A stretch of 64,000 nucleotides of DNA from Mizuhopecten yessoensis (Eukaryota), in assembly GCF_002113885.1 (NCBI RefSeq), contig NW_018408906.1, forward strand, positions 395,033 to 459,032, in the 5' to 3' direction. Positions within the stretch are counted from its first letter, which is position 1; each line of letters opens with the position of its first letter. Below are positions 28,001 through 38,989 of the stretch, piece after piece. The position numbers were made by a program, and so were the translations under genes. Under the pieces are notes generated by a model. That model had not been told where the DNA came from. It saw only the letters and a program-made list of their open reading frames with translations, and made no database searches.

Positions 28001-28904
28001 TATATATATATAGGATAGTACACCCGTTTTCATTTCATTTGAGATTTATGAAACGAGTGTAAGATTTTTTTAGAAAATTCGTGACGAGTTTCATAAATTT
28101 CTTATAGCTATGAAATGAAAACGAGTGTAAGATCCTTTTTATCACATAATCAACATTTGTAGCATTTATTCGTGTTAAACGACAATTTTCATGCAACCTA
28201 GAAATGTAAAAAGACGCCATTTTGACTCCAGTGCGTAAGTCTGTGACGTCATGTACTTGTCCTAGGCGTGACGTGACAATTGAAACAATTGAAACTTGCA
28301 ACCAGTCACAGGGCTGATAGGTCATATTATATGGGTTAATATGCAAACAAAATATGACATGGGTATATTCACTGGATAACTCAGTATATTATGTGATGAA
28401 ATGAAACATCCACTACTTTTAAATGAAAAAAAATCGGCAAAAAATAACAATGTTCAATTTAGAAAGTCTTTACAATGTATGTTCCTGGTCTTATTTTTTC
28501 TGTACTATATTGTCAATTATAGTTTAAAAAGAACAGTACAGGAATGTACTTTCATATGCTTGGTGTGACTTGCGCTTTATACAGATGGCGTGAATTACAT
28601 TAGCTACGTATACTTATACAGATTATCGCTTCTTAAGCAATATTGTATATTGTTAGCATTTTTTTTAATTGACGGTATCGAACGCTCCGAAGCTGCACTT
28701 GAAAGTGTCGTTTGAAATGAAAATTAACGCCTCTCGTGTTGCCATGCCATGATCGATTACCATATTTGTTTCAGATATTGAACATCTTTTTTTGCAATAA
28801 TTAAGAATCGTAATGATAAATATCAACTTGTGTGTGATCATGGTCACATCCATCCTCGATTTCCAGGGGTTACGATCACCTACGCTCTCTAGAGAGCGAA
28901 AGTG

Positions 28905-29787
28905 AGCGTAACCCCTGGATGTCGAGGATGGGTCAACCCCTGGATATCGAGGATGGGTCAACCCCTGGATGTCGAGTATGGGTCAACCCCTGGATGTCGA
29001 GGATGGGTCAACCCCAGGATATCGAGGATGGGTCAACCCCTGGATATCGAGTATGGGTCAACCCCTGGATGTCGAGGATGGGTCAACCCCTGGATATCAA
29101 TGATGGGTCAACCCCTGGATGTCTAGGATGGGTCAACCCCTGGATGTTGAGGATGGGTCAACCCCTGGATGTCGAGGATGGGTCAATCCCTGGATATCGA
29201 GGATAGGTCAACCCCTGGATGTCGAGTATGGGTCAACCCCTGGGTGTCGAGGAGGGGTCAATCCCTGGATATCGAGGATAGGTCAACCCCTGGATGTCGA
29301 GTATGGGTCAACCCCTGGATGTCGGGGATGGGTCAACCCCTTGATATCGAGGATAGGTCAACCCCTGGATGTCGAGGACGGGTCAACCCCTGTATATCGA
29401 GGATGGGTCAACCCCCGGATGTCGAGGATGGGACAACCCCTGTATATCGAAGATGGGTCAACCCCTGGATATAGAGTATGGGTCAACCCCTGGATGTCAA
29501 GGATGGGTCAACCCCTGGATATCAAGGATGGGTCAACCCCTGGATGTCTGGGATGGGTCAACCCCTGGATATCGAGGATGGGTCAACCCCTGGATGTCGA
29601 GGATGGGTCAACCCCTGTATATCGAAGATGGGTCAACCCCTGGATATCGAGGATAGGTCAACCCCTGGATGTCGAGGATGGGTCAACCCCTGGATGTCGA
29701 GGATGGGTCAACCCCTGTATATCGAAGATGGGTCAACCCCTGGATATCGAGGATGGGTCAACCCCTGGATATCGAGGATGGGTCACC
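28905..29787. repeat. 25-bp tandem repeat (GGATGGGTCAACCCCTGGATRTCGA) x~35
   Basis: Directly visible and homogeneous. Confidence 0.95.
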
Positions 29788-30746
29788 TCAAAACAAAGGA
29801 TCACGAACTGACGCTCAATAATGGAAACGTCCATTGCAACATGCATTATTTACATATCTTTGTTTTGTTTGTGTATAATATTATCAGTGAAATAAGACAT
29901 CATAACTTTATGTCTTGTGCCACTTACACCAACTTTTGTATCTGCCAAAGTACTACTACAATAAAACCGCAACTTTCAAAATCAAGCGCGGATTTCTCAA
30001 TAGAAATCTTCCGCTCTGAATACATTCTTTAAGAATGAAAGGTTGGCGATTTTGCTTTAATGAAAGTGAACTGTTTGATATCATATTTTCACAGTACTAG
30101 TTCCAAAGTCTAACAATATCGCTAAACATCATAAGTTAAATGATATATAATATACGTAATACAAAGTCAGGAAATAAAAGCCACTCACCAACACTAAGTT
30201 TGTTTCACAACCTAATGAAACCTTACAAAGCTGTGGTACCCTCACAGCGCAAATAAAAATTAAATACAACATGGATCAAAACCAAACCCCCCCCCCCCCA
30301 AAAAAAAAAAAAAAACAGAACAAAACATGAAATGACGCATAATGATCAACAATGTAAATGAAGTAAGGTAGCGGCCGCATTGACATATAATATGATCTTA
30401 CCTTTCTGTATTACATGGATATAAGGGACAGATTGACGTCATTTCCTGTGATACCATGTAACGCCTACATGCTAAAGTGTTCACACATATAATGAATTAA
30501 TATACACAGGTATATACTATGTTTTTATGATATATAACGACACCAGATTAAAGTCAGCGATACCTTAGTTTCATTTCTCACAGAGGTAGGATCCATAGAC
30601 AATAGAATCCGACATTTCCCTGTGGTCGTAACTATTTCCTTTTTATGAATGTAATCGAGAGTGATGTACAACTCTCAATGTTGTATGCTTAACGAAGTGA
30701 TATCTGCCATGGAAATGCATGTACAATCAATTTTTCCAGAACTTTT

Positions 30747-30907
30747 TTAATCGCTCCAGTAGGGACACTTCGCGCATGCATAGTGTTCCTGACATCGCCC
30801 GGAAAGTCCAGGAGCCTCCAACTGAGTACAGTTGTTCTCAATGCACTGGAACAACATCTTCGTTCGCTGCTTTTGACCAACGATTGGTGGATTGGCAGGC
30901 ACCGAGT
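30747..30907 (-). CDS. ZNFX1-derived gene, last coding exon (8): A20-like zinc finger CIENNC-x11-CQEH
   Basis: Acceptor TTTTTCTCAG, phase 1. Reads DSVPANPPIVGQKQRTKMLFQCIENNCTQLEAPGLSGRCQEHYACAKCPYWSD*. Confidence 0.7.
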
Positions 30908-31410
30908 CTGAGAAAAATAAAACTACTTGTTGAAATTTTGATGTTTTTTTTAATGATTTTTAAACCAACGAACGTGTTTATGACGTCACAGTACCCACAT
31001 CGGGACACTTGAAGGAAAAAGTTGCAAGAAATTTGTATGCTGTGCAAAAAAAGTATTTTTAAATTGATAATATTGATTTAAAGATGTTTATATACCAATA
31101 AACATTATATGAACTTTATTTACTGCCACTCATGGTTACAATCACAGTTTTAGTTTGTATATAATGACGAAAATGTAACGTTTTAAATTTATGCGCAACG
31201 CGACGTTATTAATTTTCATTTTTTGTATGTGATTTTTCACAATCCTATTATTTCAAAATTATTGGTAGATTTGTAACATATATAATTGTTCTTTGCTTAA
31301 ATCAACTAAATACCTTGGTCTGCCATGTCATTTCGCCTCAAAGTTTAGATAACATTAGAAACAACTTTAAGTTTATCTAAGTATAATTGGAGTTCAGTAA
31401 GAAAACCTAC

Positions 31411-31545
31411 CTGTCTCCGATTCTATCTGAATCCTATCGTTTGTCTTTTTCAATTCTGTTTCTACTTCCGGTGCGGATTGTGAGTATTTCGGTCTAACAG
31501 GCTTCACATCTGGTCTTCGGTATTCTTCGTATGAAGACGTAATTT
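31411..31545 (-). CDS. ZNFX1-derived gene, exon 7 (phase 1-1, 135 bp)
   Basis: TTTTAG acceptor, GTAGGT donor. Open frame ITSSYEEYRRPDVKPVRPKYSQSAPEVETELKKTNDRIQIESET. Confidence 0.72.
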
Positions 31546-31958
31546 CTAAAATTGAAACAAAGACTTGCAATATTTTTCGTTAAAACGCAAGTGTCATTTC
31601 AGTTTATTTTGAAATGGAGAGTGAATTAACAGAAATCCAAACCCTAGCGTTCATCTTGTACACTGTAAGCCATGTATATGATCTATATGTAGCAAAAGGG
31701 ACTTGGGACAAAGAAATACGAACTTTTCTGAGGTATTCACATACTTGATCTTCGTATAAATTTCGATGAAAATCTGTTGCGAAATGAAATCAGTAGAGTC
31801 ATGAATGTATGTATCGCCTTGTTATAGGACGGAACTTTTTTGGGGAAAAAATAAACAACAAACAAAATGCATTTTGATTTAGAACAATGTAAAATGGAAG
31901 CTCGAAATTAGAGAATATGGACGAGGTGGATGAAACACAATAGCAGATGAAGACCTAC

Positions 31959-32156
31959 CAGTTTTAACGTCCGTTTGATGAGTAAAGTACGCCTTTCTCC
32001 ATTCTGAGTCTGCTGGACGTGACGTTGGTTTTGCAGCATGTTCAACAGGTTTAGGGTCTGTCAACTGATAGCCGGCGGGTTTGCTTTGGAAACGGCTAAT
32101 CCTATCCCTAACTGACCTCGTTTCAATTTCCATAGACTCTTCAGATCTTGTAGTTT
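31959..32156 (-). CDS. ZNFX1-derived gene, repeat exon 6 (GYQLTDPKPV)
   Basis: GATAG acceptor, G|GTAGG donor, 198 bp, phase 1-1. Paralogous to exons 4 and 5. Confidence 0.68.
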
Positions 32157-32296
32157 CTATCAATTTAAATTTTGTGTAAATGTGAATAAACTTACTTTCG
32201 GTTGATTTAATATATCAAACGCCATCGATATTTGTACGCGTCATTTACGACATCATTTCATGATTTTGAAACGTAATAATGACAATGAAAACCTAC

Positions 32297-32509
32297 CCCT
32301 CTTAACGTCCGTTGTAAGGATAAAGCACGGCGGTTTCATTCCTACGTCTGCTTGTTGTGACGATGTGTTTGCAGCTCGCATAACAGGTTTAGGATCTGTC
32401 CACTGATAGCCAGTTGGGTTGTAATGGTCACCATCGATCACTTCTTTTCTAGAGGGGACACTCATTTTCCTAACCGCCTCCTTATTGATGTCCATTGCCT
32501 CTTCAGCTT
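32297..32509 (-). CDS. ZNFX1-derived gene, repeat exon 5 (GYQWTDPKPV)
   Basis: GATAG acceptor, G|GTAGG donor, 213 bp, phase 1-1. Confidence 0.68.
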
Positions 32510-32793
32510 CTATCCATTAAAATTTTGAAGATGGAAAAATATTTTTTAGTTATTTTATAAATCAAACAACATATCGATATTCATTGGTTATATTTTCCAC
32601 AAAGAATTGGGATTTTGCATAATAATAATAACCGTTGAAATCCTATCCATGTTGACGTCCGTTTGAGAGGGGATGAACACCTGTATTAGTTCTGTGTCTA
32701 TAAAAGAATTTAATTATATGCTTTTAGTTATCAAACCGATGTTATCGATATCCAGGGTTCCTTTTACTTTAACAATGATCAATGATGACCTAC

Positions 32794-33015
32794 CAAGCTT
32801 CCTGTCGGTTTGAGAGGTAAAGGAAGTCTTTCTTAATCCGGCGTCTCCGTGTGTAACATATGTTTGCCCTACCGGAACAACAGGCTTAGGGTCAGTCCAT
32901 TGTAACCCGTAGGAGTTGATTTGGGCACGGCTTATCACATCTTCTCTGGTGGAGGGAGCCATGCTCCTAATGGATTCTCTATTCGCTTCCGTAACCTCTT
33001 CTGATTCTATAACTT
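32794..33015 (-). CDS. ZNFX1-derived gene, repeat exon 4 (GLQWTDPKPV)
   Basis: GATAG acceptor, G|GTAGG donor, 222 bp, phase 1-1. Confidence 0.68.
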
Positions 33016-33178
33016 CTATCAATTCAAATGTCGAAGAACAAAATTATTTATAACCTTGTGTTGAACAAATCTAAACTAAACACCACCGTAATTTGCATTT
33101 CACATTTTCGTCAAAATTACGTTAAGAATATTGCATTGAAAATAGTCTCGTAAATGATCAGGGGAATATATAAAATAC

Positions 33179-33328
33179 CTTTTGTTTCTGTGGTTGCCCT
33201 GTCGTTAGGGATGTTCAGAATGGATAGAAGATCTGCTCTATGAAGACACCGAGGAACTACACCTGAATAAGGTGATGTTCTCAAGCGTTGTAGAGATTCT
33301 CTGTCGTACGATATCCTTACTGATGAGC
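33179..33328 (-). CDS. ZNFX1-derived gene, exon 3 with 4E-BP-like motif RISYDRESLQRLRTSP
   Basis: TTTGTACAG acceptor, AG|GTATT donor, 150 bp, phase 1-1. Reads GSSVRISYDRESLQRLRTSPYSGVVPRCLHRADLLSILNIPNDRATTETK. Confidence 0.72.
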
Positions 33329-33731
33329 CTGTACAAAGAAAATGCCGACTTATGCCAGAGTTCTCTCAATAAATGCTGTGTTACTGTTAACGTACACATT
33401 TTAGCGGTACTTTTATTACAGCGCTTTCAGTATTGCGTTAAATTATGATTGCACTAATCGACGTTTCTTTAAATAGTTTTCTATACTACATATTGTGAAT
33501 GCTCCTATTCATCAATCCGCTAATCCGTAAAAAAATTAATCATGATACGCTAAAATTTGAGTCTGCAAAAAGAAGTACTTTATATTCACTATTTTATTTC
33601 AAAAGCATTCTGTTTGCAATTATCTTAATCGAACCACTTCCTCCATAGATTCTTGGTTAAAATGTGTTTCAATAAATATTAGAAATGGCTATGAATTTGT
33701 TTTCTCTTGTTTATGGGACAAAATGTCCTAC

Positions 33732-35374
33732 CTGAATTGGTCCTCTCCGATGTATTCATCTTGCGGTCAGTGCACTTCTCGAAGCAAGGAACATGTAAGC
33801 GTCCTTGGAAACAACCTCCACATGTTCCAGAACAGGGATGACCGCAATCTAATTTAGTAGTGCACTTTTCAGTGCAAGAGAAGTCTTCAATTCTTTGGTA
33901 ACATTTGCACTGTATGAAGTGTCCACAAATCAATTTGCGCTGAATGAGCTCTGGACATTGAATCTGGTGGGTGTTGTATTCTTTACACTTTCCACAAGTT
34001 CCGCTGCATATGTGACCACAAATCAGCTTTTTCTCGCATTTTGACCGACACTTGAAACTGTGGGGATCCTGATGACATGGGCCTAATTGCTCGTGCCTGC
34101 AAACTGGAATAGTCTTGATAATGTTCTTCATGCATTTCCCACACTCTTCCCAGCATTTCTTAGTGCAAACATGTCCTTTATCGCAAACCTGAGCACATGG
34201 CTTCAAACAACGGTATTTCTGATGAGCACTGTCAAAGATATGACAATATTGTTCACAAACATGACCACAAGGTAGACGTGTTTCACATGGTGTGGTACAG
34301 CCTCCATTTGGTGTCTCATTGAATTGCAGGTCCTTCAGATCAGGCAGTATCGGAAGTTCTCTGAAATTGTTAGGGGGAGGCAATGATTCCATGTCTCTAT
34401 GATTCCGTCGGCCACCAGGTTGAATGTTTTTATCTCTTCTTTGGTTGTCAATGTCCTGTACAAGTGTTTTCATAATTGTAGATACATCATTAATCAATTC
34501 CAAAATATCTGGATTCTGTTGTAAATTGAATGTATGGTCCTCAGCAATAGCATCTAACATCAACACAGCACTACTAACAGTGTGGACCTCCTGTGGCATT
34601 CGTTGCATCAACTCTTTCATTATCTTGCAGACATCTTGAATTATGCACTGAAGATGGTAAGGGGGCATCACAGCAATCCTGGACTTGATTTTTGCAAGGA
34701 ATGTGGTCACTTGAAGCATCATGACATTCTCTTGAACCATTAATCCCACTAATTGTAACTTGCTGTGGCTTTTAGAAGAGGAGCAAGCTTTTCCTAGTAC
34801 AGATAGAAGCAATCTACTCCAGTCGATCTGCATGTTAATGTTCTTTAATAGAGTTTGAAATCCACTACTTTCCAACAGTAATTCCATTAGAACATCATCT
34901 GAATTGGTCTTTTCACTGAGCTCACTGAGTTTCCTGTAGCCAAACATTCTTGGTGGTCTGGAACGAGTATCATTTCTTCTTGGTCTCGAACTATCACGGT
35001 ATCTAGCATTAGTAGCATCTTGTACATCCTCATTTCTGTTTGGTACCGTATCCAATCTACTGAGAGAAGAATATCTTCGGAGGTCAGCAGCTCCTCGAGT
35101 CAATCCACCAGATGCTCCTCGAGTCAATCCACCAGATGCTCCTCTAGACCCGCCTCTTCCACCCCTACTGCCTCGTCTTCGGCCATCTCCTCTATGTCCT
35201 CTCTCTGCATTACCGCCTCTGCTTTCACTTCTACTCTGAGAAGACTCAGGGTTTCTTTGGTGTCCTCCTCCTGGACCGCTGGATCTGCCTCCTTGTCTGC
35301 TATTCCTTCTTGTACCATTTGTATTTTCTGTTTCATCGTCATCAAGATTGAGAATTCTTAGTGGGCCTGTTCTG
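33732..35374 (-). CDS. ZNFX1: ZNFX1-like (NFX1-type zinc finger-containing protein 1 paralogue), large exon 2: RGG-rich region, helical N-domain and NFX1 zinc fingers; helicase absent
   Basis: FGYRKLSELSEK..DDVLMEL and PPNNFRELPILP are ZNFX1 N-terminal motifs. GGCTTPCETRLPCGHVC and the repeated L.CGH.C are NFX1 fingers. The frame is open upstream of the ORF-track start to the acceptor CTAACATTTCAG (phase 2); the donor is G|GTAGG. Confidence 0.85.
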
Positions 35375-35473
35375 CTGAAATGTTAGACGTTCTATGTTCA
35401 GAGGTGTTGAGTGCTTGAGCAAGTCAACTCACACAGACATTGTTCTAAAGATAAGTGTAAATATTATTACATC

Positions 35474-37690
35474 TGATTTTCTGTCAGATCCTAGGATATG
35501 ATTACTGTCACCCCTAGGGTATGATTTCTCTGTCAACCCTTAGGCATGGTTTCTCTCTCACCCCTAGGATATGACCTCTGTCACCCCTAAGTTATGATTT
35601 CTCTGTCATCCCTAGGATATGGTTTCTCTGTCACCCTTAGGGTATGGTTTCTTTCACCCCTAACGTATGATTTCACTTTCATCCCTGGTATATGATTTCT
35701 ATCAACCCTAGGGTATTGTTTCTCTGTCACTCATTCAGGTATGATTTCTCACGCTCTCTAAAACGATTCCTCTGTCAACTCCTAGGAAATGATTTCTCTG
35801 TCACCCCTGGTATATGATTTCTAGCAACCCTAGGGTATTGTTTCTCTGTCATCCCTAGGGTATGATTTCACTGTCACTCACTGTGTAATGATTATCCCTG
35901 TCAGCCCCTAGGGTATTATTTTTCTGTCAGCCCCTAGTGTATGATTTCTCTGTCAGCCCTAGATATGCTTTCTGTCAACCCTAGGGTAAAGTTTCTCTAT
36001 CATCCCTAATATATGATTTCTGTCACCCCTAGTGTAGGGTGTCTCTGTCACCCCTAGGTTATGATTTCTGTCAACCCTAGGGTATGGTTTCTCTGTCAGC
36101 CCTAGGATATGCTTTCTGTCAACCCTAGGGTAAAGTTTCTCTGTCATCCCTAATATATGATTTCTGTCACCCCTAGGGTAGGGTGTCTCTGTCACCCCTA
36201 GGTTATGATTTCTGTCAACCCTAGGGTATGGTTTCTCTGTCACCCCTAGGATATGCTTTCTGTCACCACAAGGTTATGATTTCTCTGTCACCCCCTTATA
36301 TATGATTTCTGTCACCACAAGGTTATGATTTCTGTCACCCATAGGATATGATTTCTGTCACCCCTAGGGTATGATTTCTCTATCACCCCTAGGATATGAT
36401 TTCTCTAACCCCTAGGTTATGATTTCTCTGTCACCCCTAGTATATGATTTATGTCACCCCTTCTCTGTCACCCCTAATATATATGATAACTATCAACCCT
36501 GTGGTATGGGTTCTCTGTCATCCCTTCAGGTATGATTTTCTCACCTCTGTCACCCCGAGGGTACTGTTTCTATGTCACCTTCTAGGGTATGATTTCTGCA
36601 TCTGACGCTAGGGTATGATTTATCTGTTACCCATTAGGGTATTTTTTTCTGTGCTATTAGGGTATGATTTATCTGTTACCTATTAGGGTACGATTTTTCT
36701 GTGTTACTAGGGTATGATTTATCTGTCACTTACAAGGATACGATTTTTCTGTCACCCCTCGGGTACAGGGAATGATTTCGCTGTCACCCATAGGGTATGA
36801 TTTATCTGTTACCCACTAGGGTTTAATTTTTCTGTGTTACAAGGATATGATTTCTGTCAACCCCTAGGATACGATTTTTCTGTCACCCCCTCGGGTACAG
36901 GGGATGATTTCGCTGTCACTCACTGTGGAATGATTTTCTCTGTCAGTACCTTAGTTATGATTTCTCAGTCACCCAATAGTATGGAATGATTTTCTCTGTC
37001 ACTCACTGTATAATAATTATCTCTGTCAGCCCTTAGGGTATGATTTATGTGTCACACCCTAGGGTTTGATTTCTCTTGTTACCTTCTAGGGCATGATTTC
37101 TGTGTCACCCCACAGTGTATGACTTCTTTGTCACCCCCAAAGGTATGATTTCTCTATCACCCACCAGAATACGATTTCTCTGTTACCTGCTAGCCTCTTC
37201 CCCCCCCNNNNNNNNNNNNNCCCCAACCCCTACCCCAACCCAACCCAAACCCAACCCAGGTATGATTTCTCTGTTAGCCTCTAGGGTATGATTTCTATGT
37301 GTCCCTCTAGGGTATGATTTCTCCGTCACCCTCTAAGGATATGATTTCTCTGTCATTCTTTAGGGTATGATTTCTCTGTCACTCGCTAGGGAATGATTTC
37401 TCTCCCTTTCTCCCTAGGGATTGATTTCTCTCCCTTTCCCCCAGGGAATGATTTCTCTCCCTTTCCCCATAGGGAATGATTTATCTGTCACCCCCTTTGG
37501 TACGATTTCTATGTCACATCTAGAGGACTTTTTCTCTGTCTCTCTGTCTCTGGTACGATTTCTATGTCACACACTAGGTTGTCATTCCCTAGGGTATGGT
37601 TTCTCTGCAACCACCTTTGAGTAGGTTTTCTCTCTCTTCCCCTAGGGAATAATTTCTCCACCCCATGTGGTACGATTTTTCTGACACCCC
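35474..37690. repeat. 23-25 bp minisatellite in intron 1 of the ZNFX1-like CDS
   Basis: Same unit family and order of variants as 1-4600, but shorter. Confidence 0.95.
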
Positions 37691-37813
37691 TATGTATAGT
37701 ATTCCTTAAATCGTTGTCAAACCGTTACTGTCATATTCTGACAAAGACCTTTTAAAAATATACATTTCTAACGCGTTAAAACATGTATGTTGAACTTGTA
37801 TTTAGCCACTCAC

Positions 37814-37851
37814 CTGCCAGTATTGTTGCCATACTCATCGTCAGAATCCAT
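37814..37851 (-). CDS. ZNFX1-derived gene, first coding exon (MDSDDEYGNNTG)
   Basis: Exon 37814-37906 is bounded by TTCCAG and GTGAGT, with an in-frame TAG before the ATG. Its phase 2 matches the acceptor at 35374. Confidence 0.7.
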
Positions 37852-38977
37852 TGTCTATTTGACTGCCATCTATGTAAGTCAACTAGCTCCTTCAGCATCT
37901 AAATTCCTGGAAAAATGTAAAACTATAAATTACACTAACACATGAACAGCGTACGTGTATTTGCAATGTATTTTAAGTGATTTATCAAGAAGCACTGCTT
38001 AGAAATGGGAGGGAATGTGTGTCATTTTATACATTCAACTGTCTGACTTGTCGCAATGAAAGCTTAAAAGATATAAATCCTGTTCAAGTTGTTGAAGAGC
38101 TGGGGTAAAATGTCTCATTGCGTGGACACTTGACTACCTTTGAAACACTGCCCTACATTTTTCCATATATGTGACCACAAGACCCTTTAAAAACATAATA
38201 GGCCTACAACATTATCGTAAAAGGCACACTACTCCCAAAGGCCATTCAAAATTTACAATACAGCACTTCCGCATTACGTGGGGTAAAAATGGCCGCGAAA
38301 CTTAATTGCAGCTAAAGTTGCCTGGTATATTTTTTGGCAATATATGTCCACCTACCCCTCCGATGCATAGATCATTTACTCCACAACCTTACCTTATATG
38401 GAACATTATCTTATATGGAACATCATCATATTTCCCCAGGCTTACCCACTTAACTCCTCAAACATTATAATACAACATTTTCGCTTTAATCGTATTTGTA
38501 TGGTACCCTTCCTAATTTCAACCCCAGCCGCTTCACTCATTCACCCCTGGAATTTAACAATAGACTTTCCCATGTATTGTTTTGGAAGAGTCTGAATGTG
38601 ACATCCAGTGGATTACGTCAATACACAGTGAGTAGATATATAGTGCAAATTGGCCTAGCGATCTAAAATTATATTACTTCCTTAATTGCTGATCAGGATG
38701 AAACGAAGATCCACCGATTTAGCTATTAACTATATATAACTATATAAGATAAGATATTGATTGAGCATTGTATGATATAAATATGCAATATTCAATTCCT
38801 TAATGGCTTCAGTCATTTCAATGCAAGGTTATATAATCATTTACCTACCCTACAGTCTGTCTGCGGCTGCACCGGAACACGCACGGATACAATATAGCAC
38901 CTGATCACACGTCACAAATAATTGACCTGCAGAAAAACCAATTCCTGCAATTCTGTTAAACACACTTCAAAAAGGGT

Positions 38978-38989
38978 GGTTTCGCTTTC
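38978..38989 (-). promoter_or_regulatory. ISRE/IRF-E-like motif GAAAGCGAAACC upstream of the ZNFX1-like gene
   Basis: Consensus match, ~1.1 kb upstream of the ATG exon. Confidence 0.4.

Noticed and set aside
28902-30032. Repetitive ORFs / CRISPR-like regular repeats
   Set aside because: Head-to-tail 25-bp units with no unique spacers and no cas genes, in eukaryotic context.
30689-30880. ORF MVKSSERRCC... as the last exon
   Set aside because: Wrong phase relative to the upstream exon; the phase-1 frame gives the zinc-finger motif.
35020-35361. ORFs 35124-35345(-) and 35020-35361(+)
   Set aside because: Alternative frame and antisense of the RGG-rich part of the ZNFX1-like exon.
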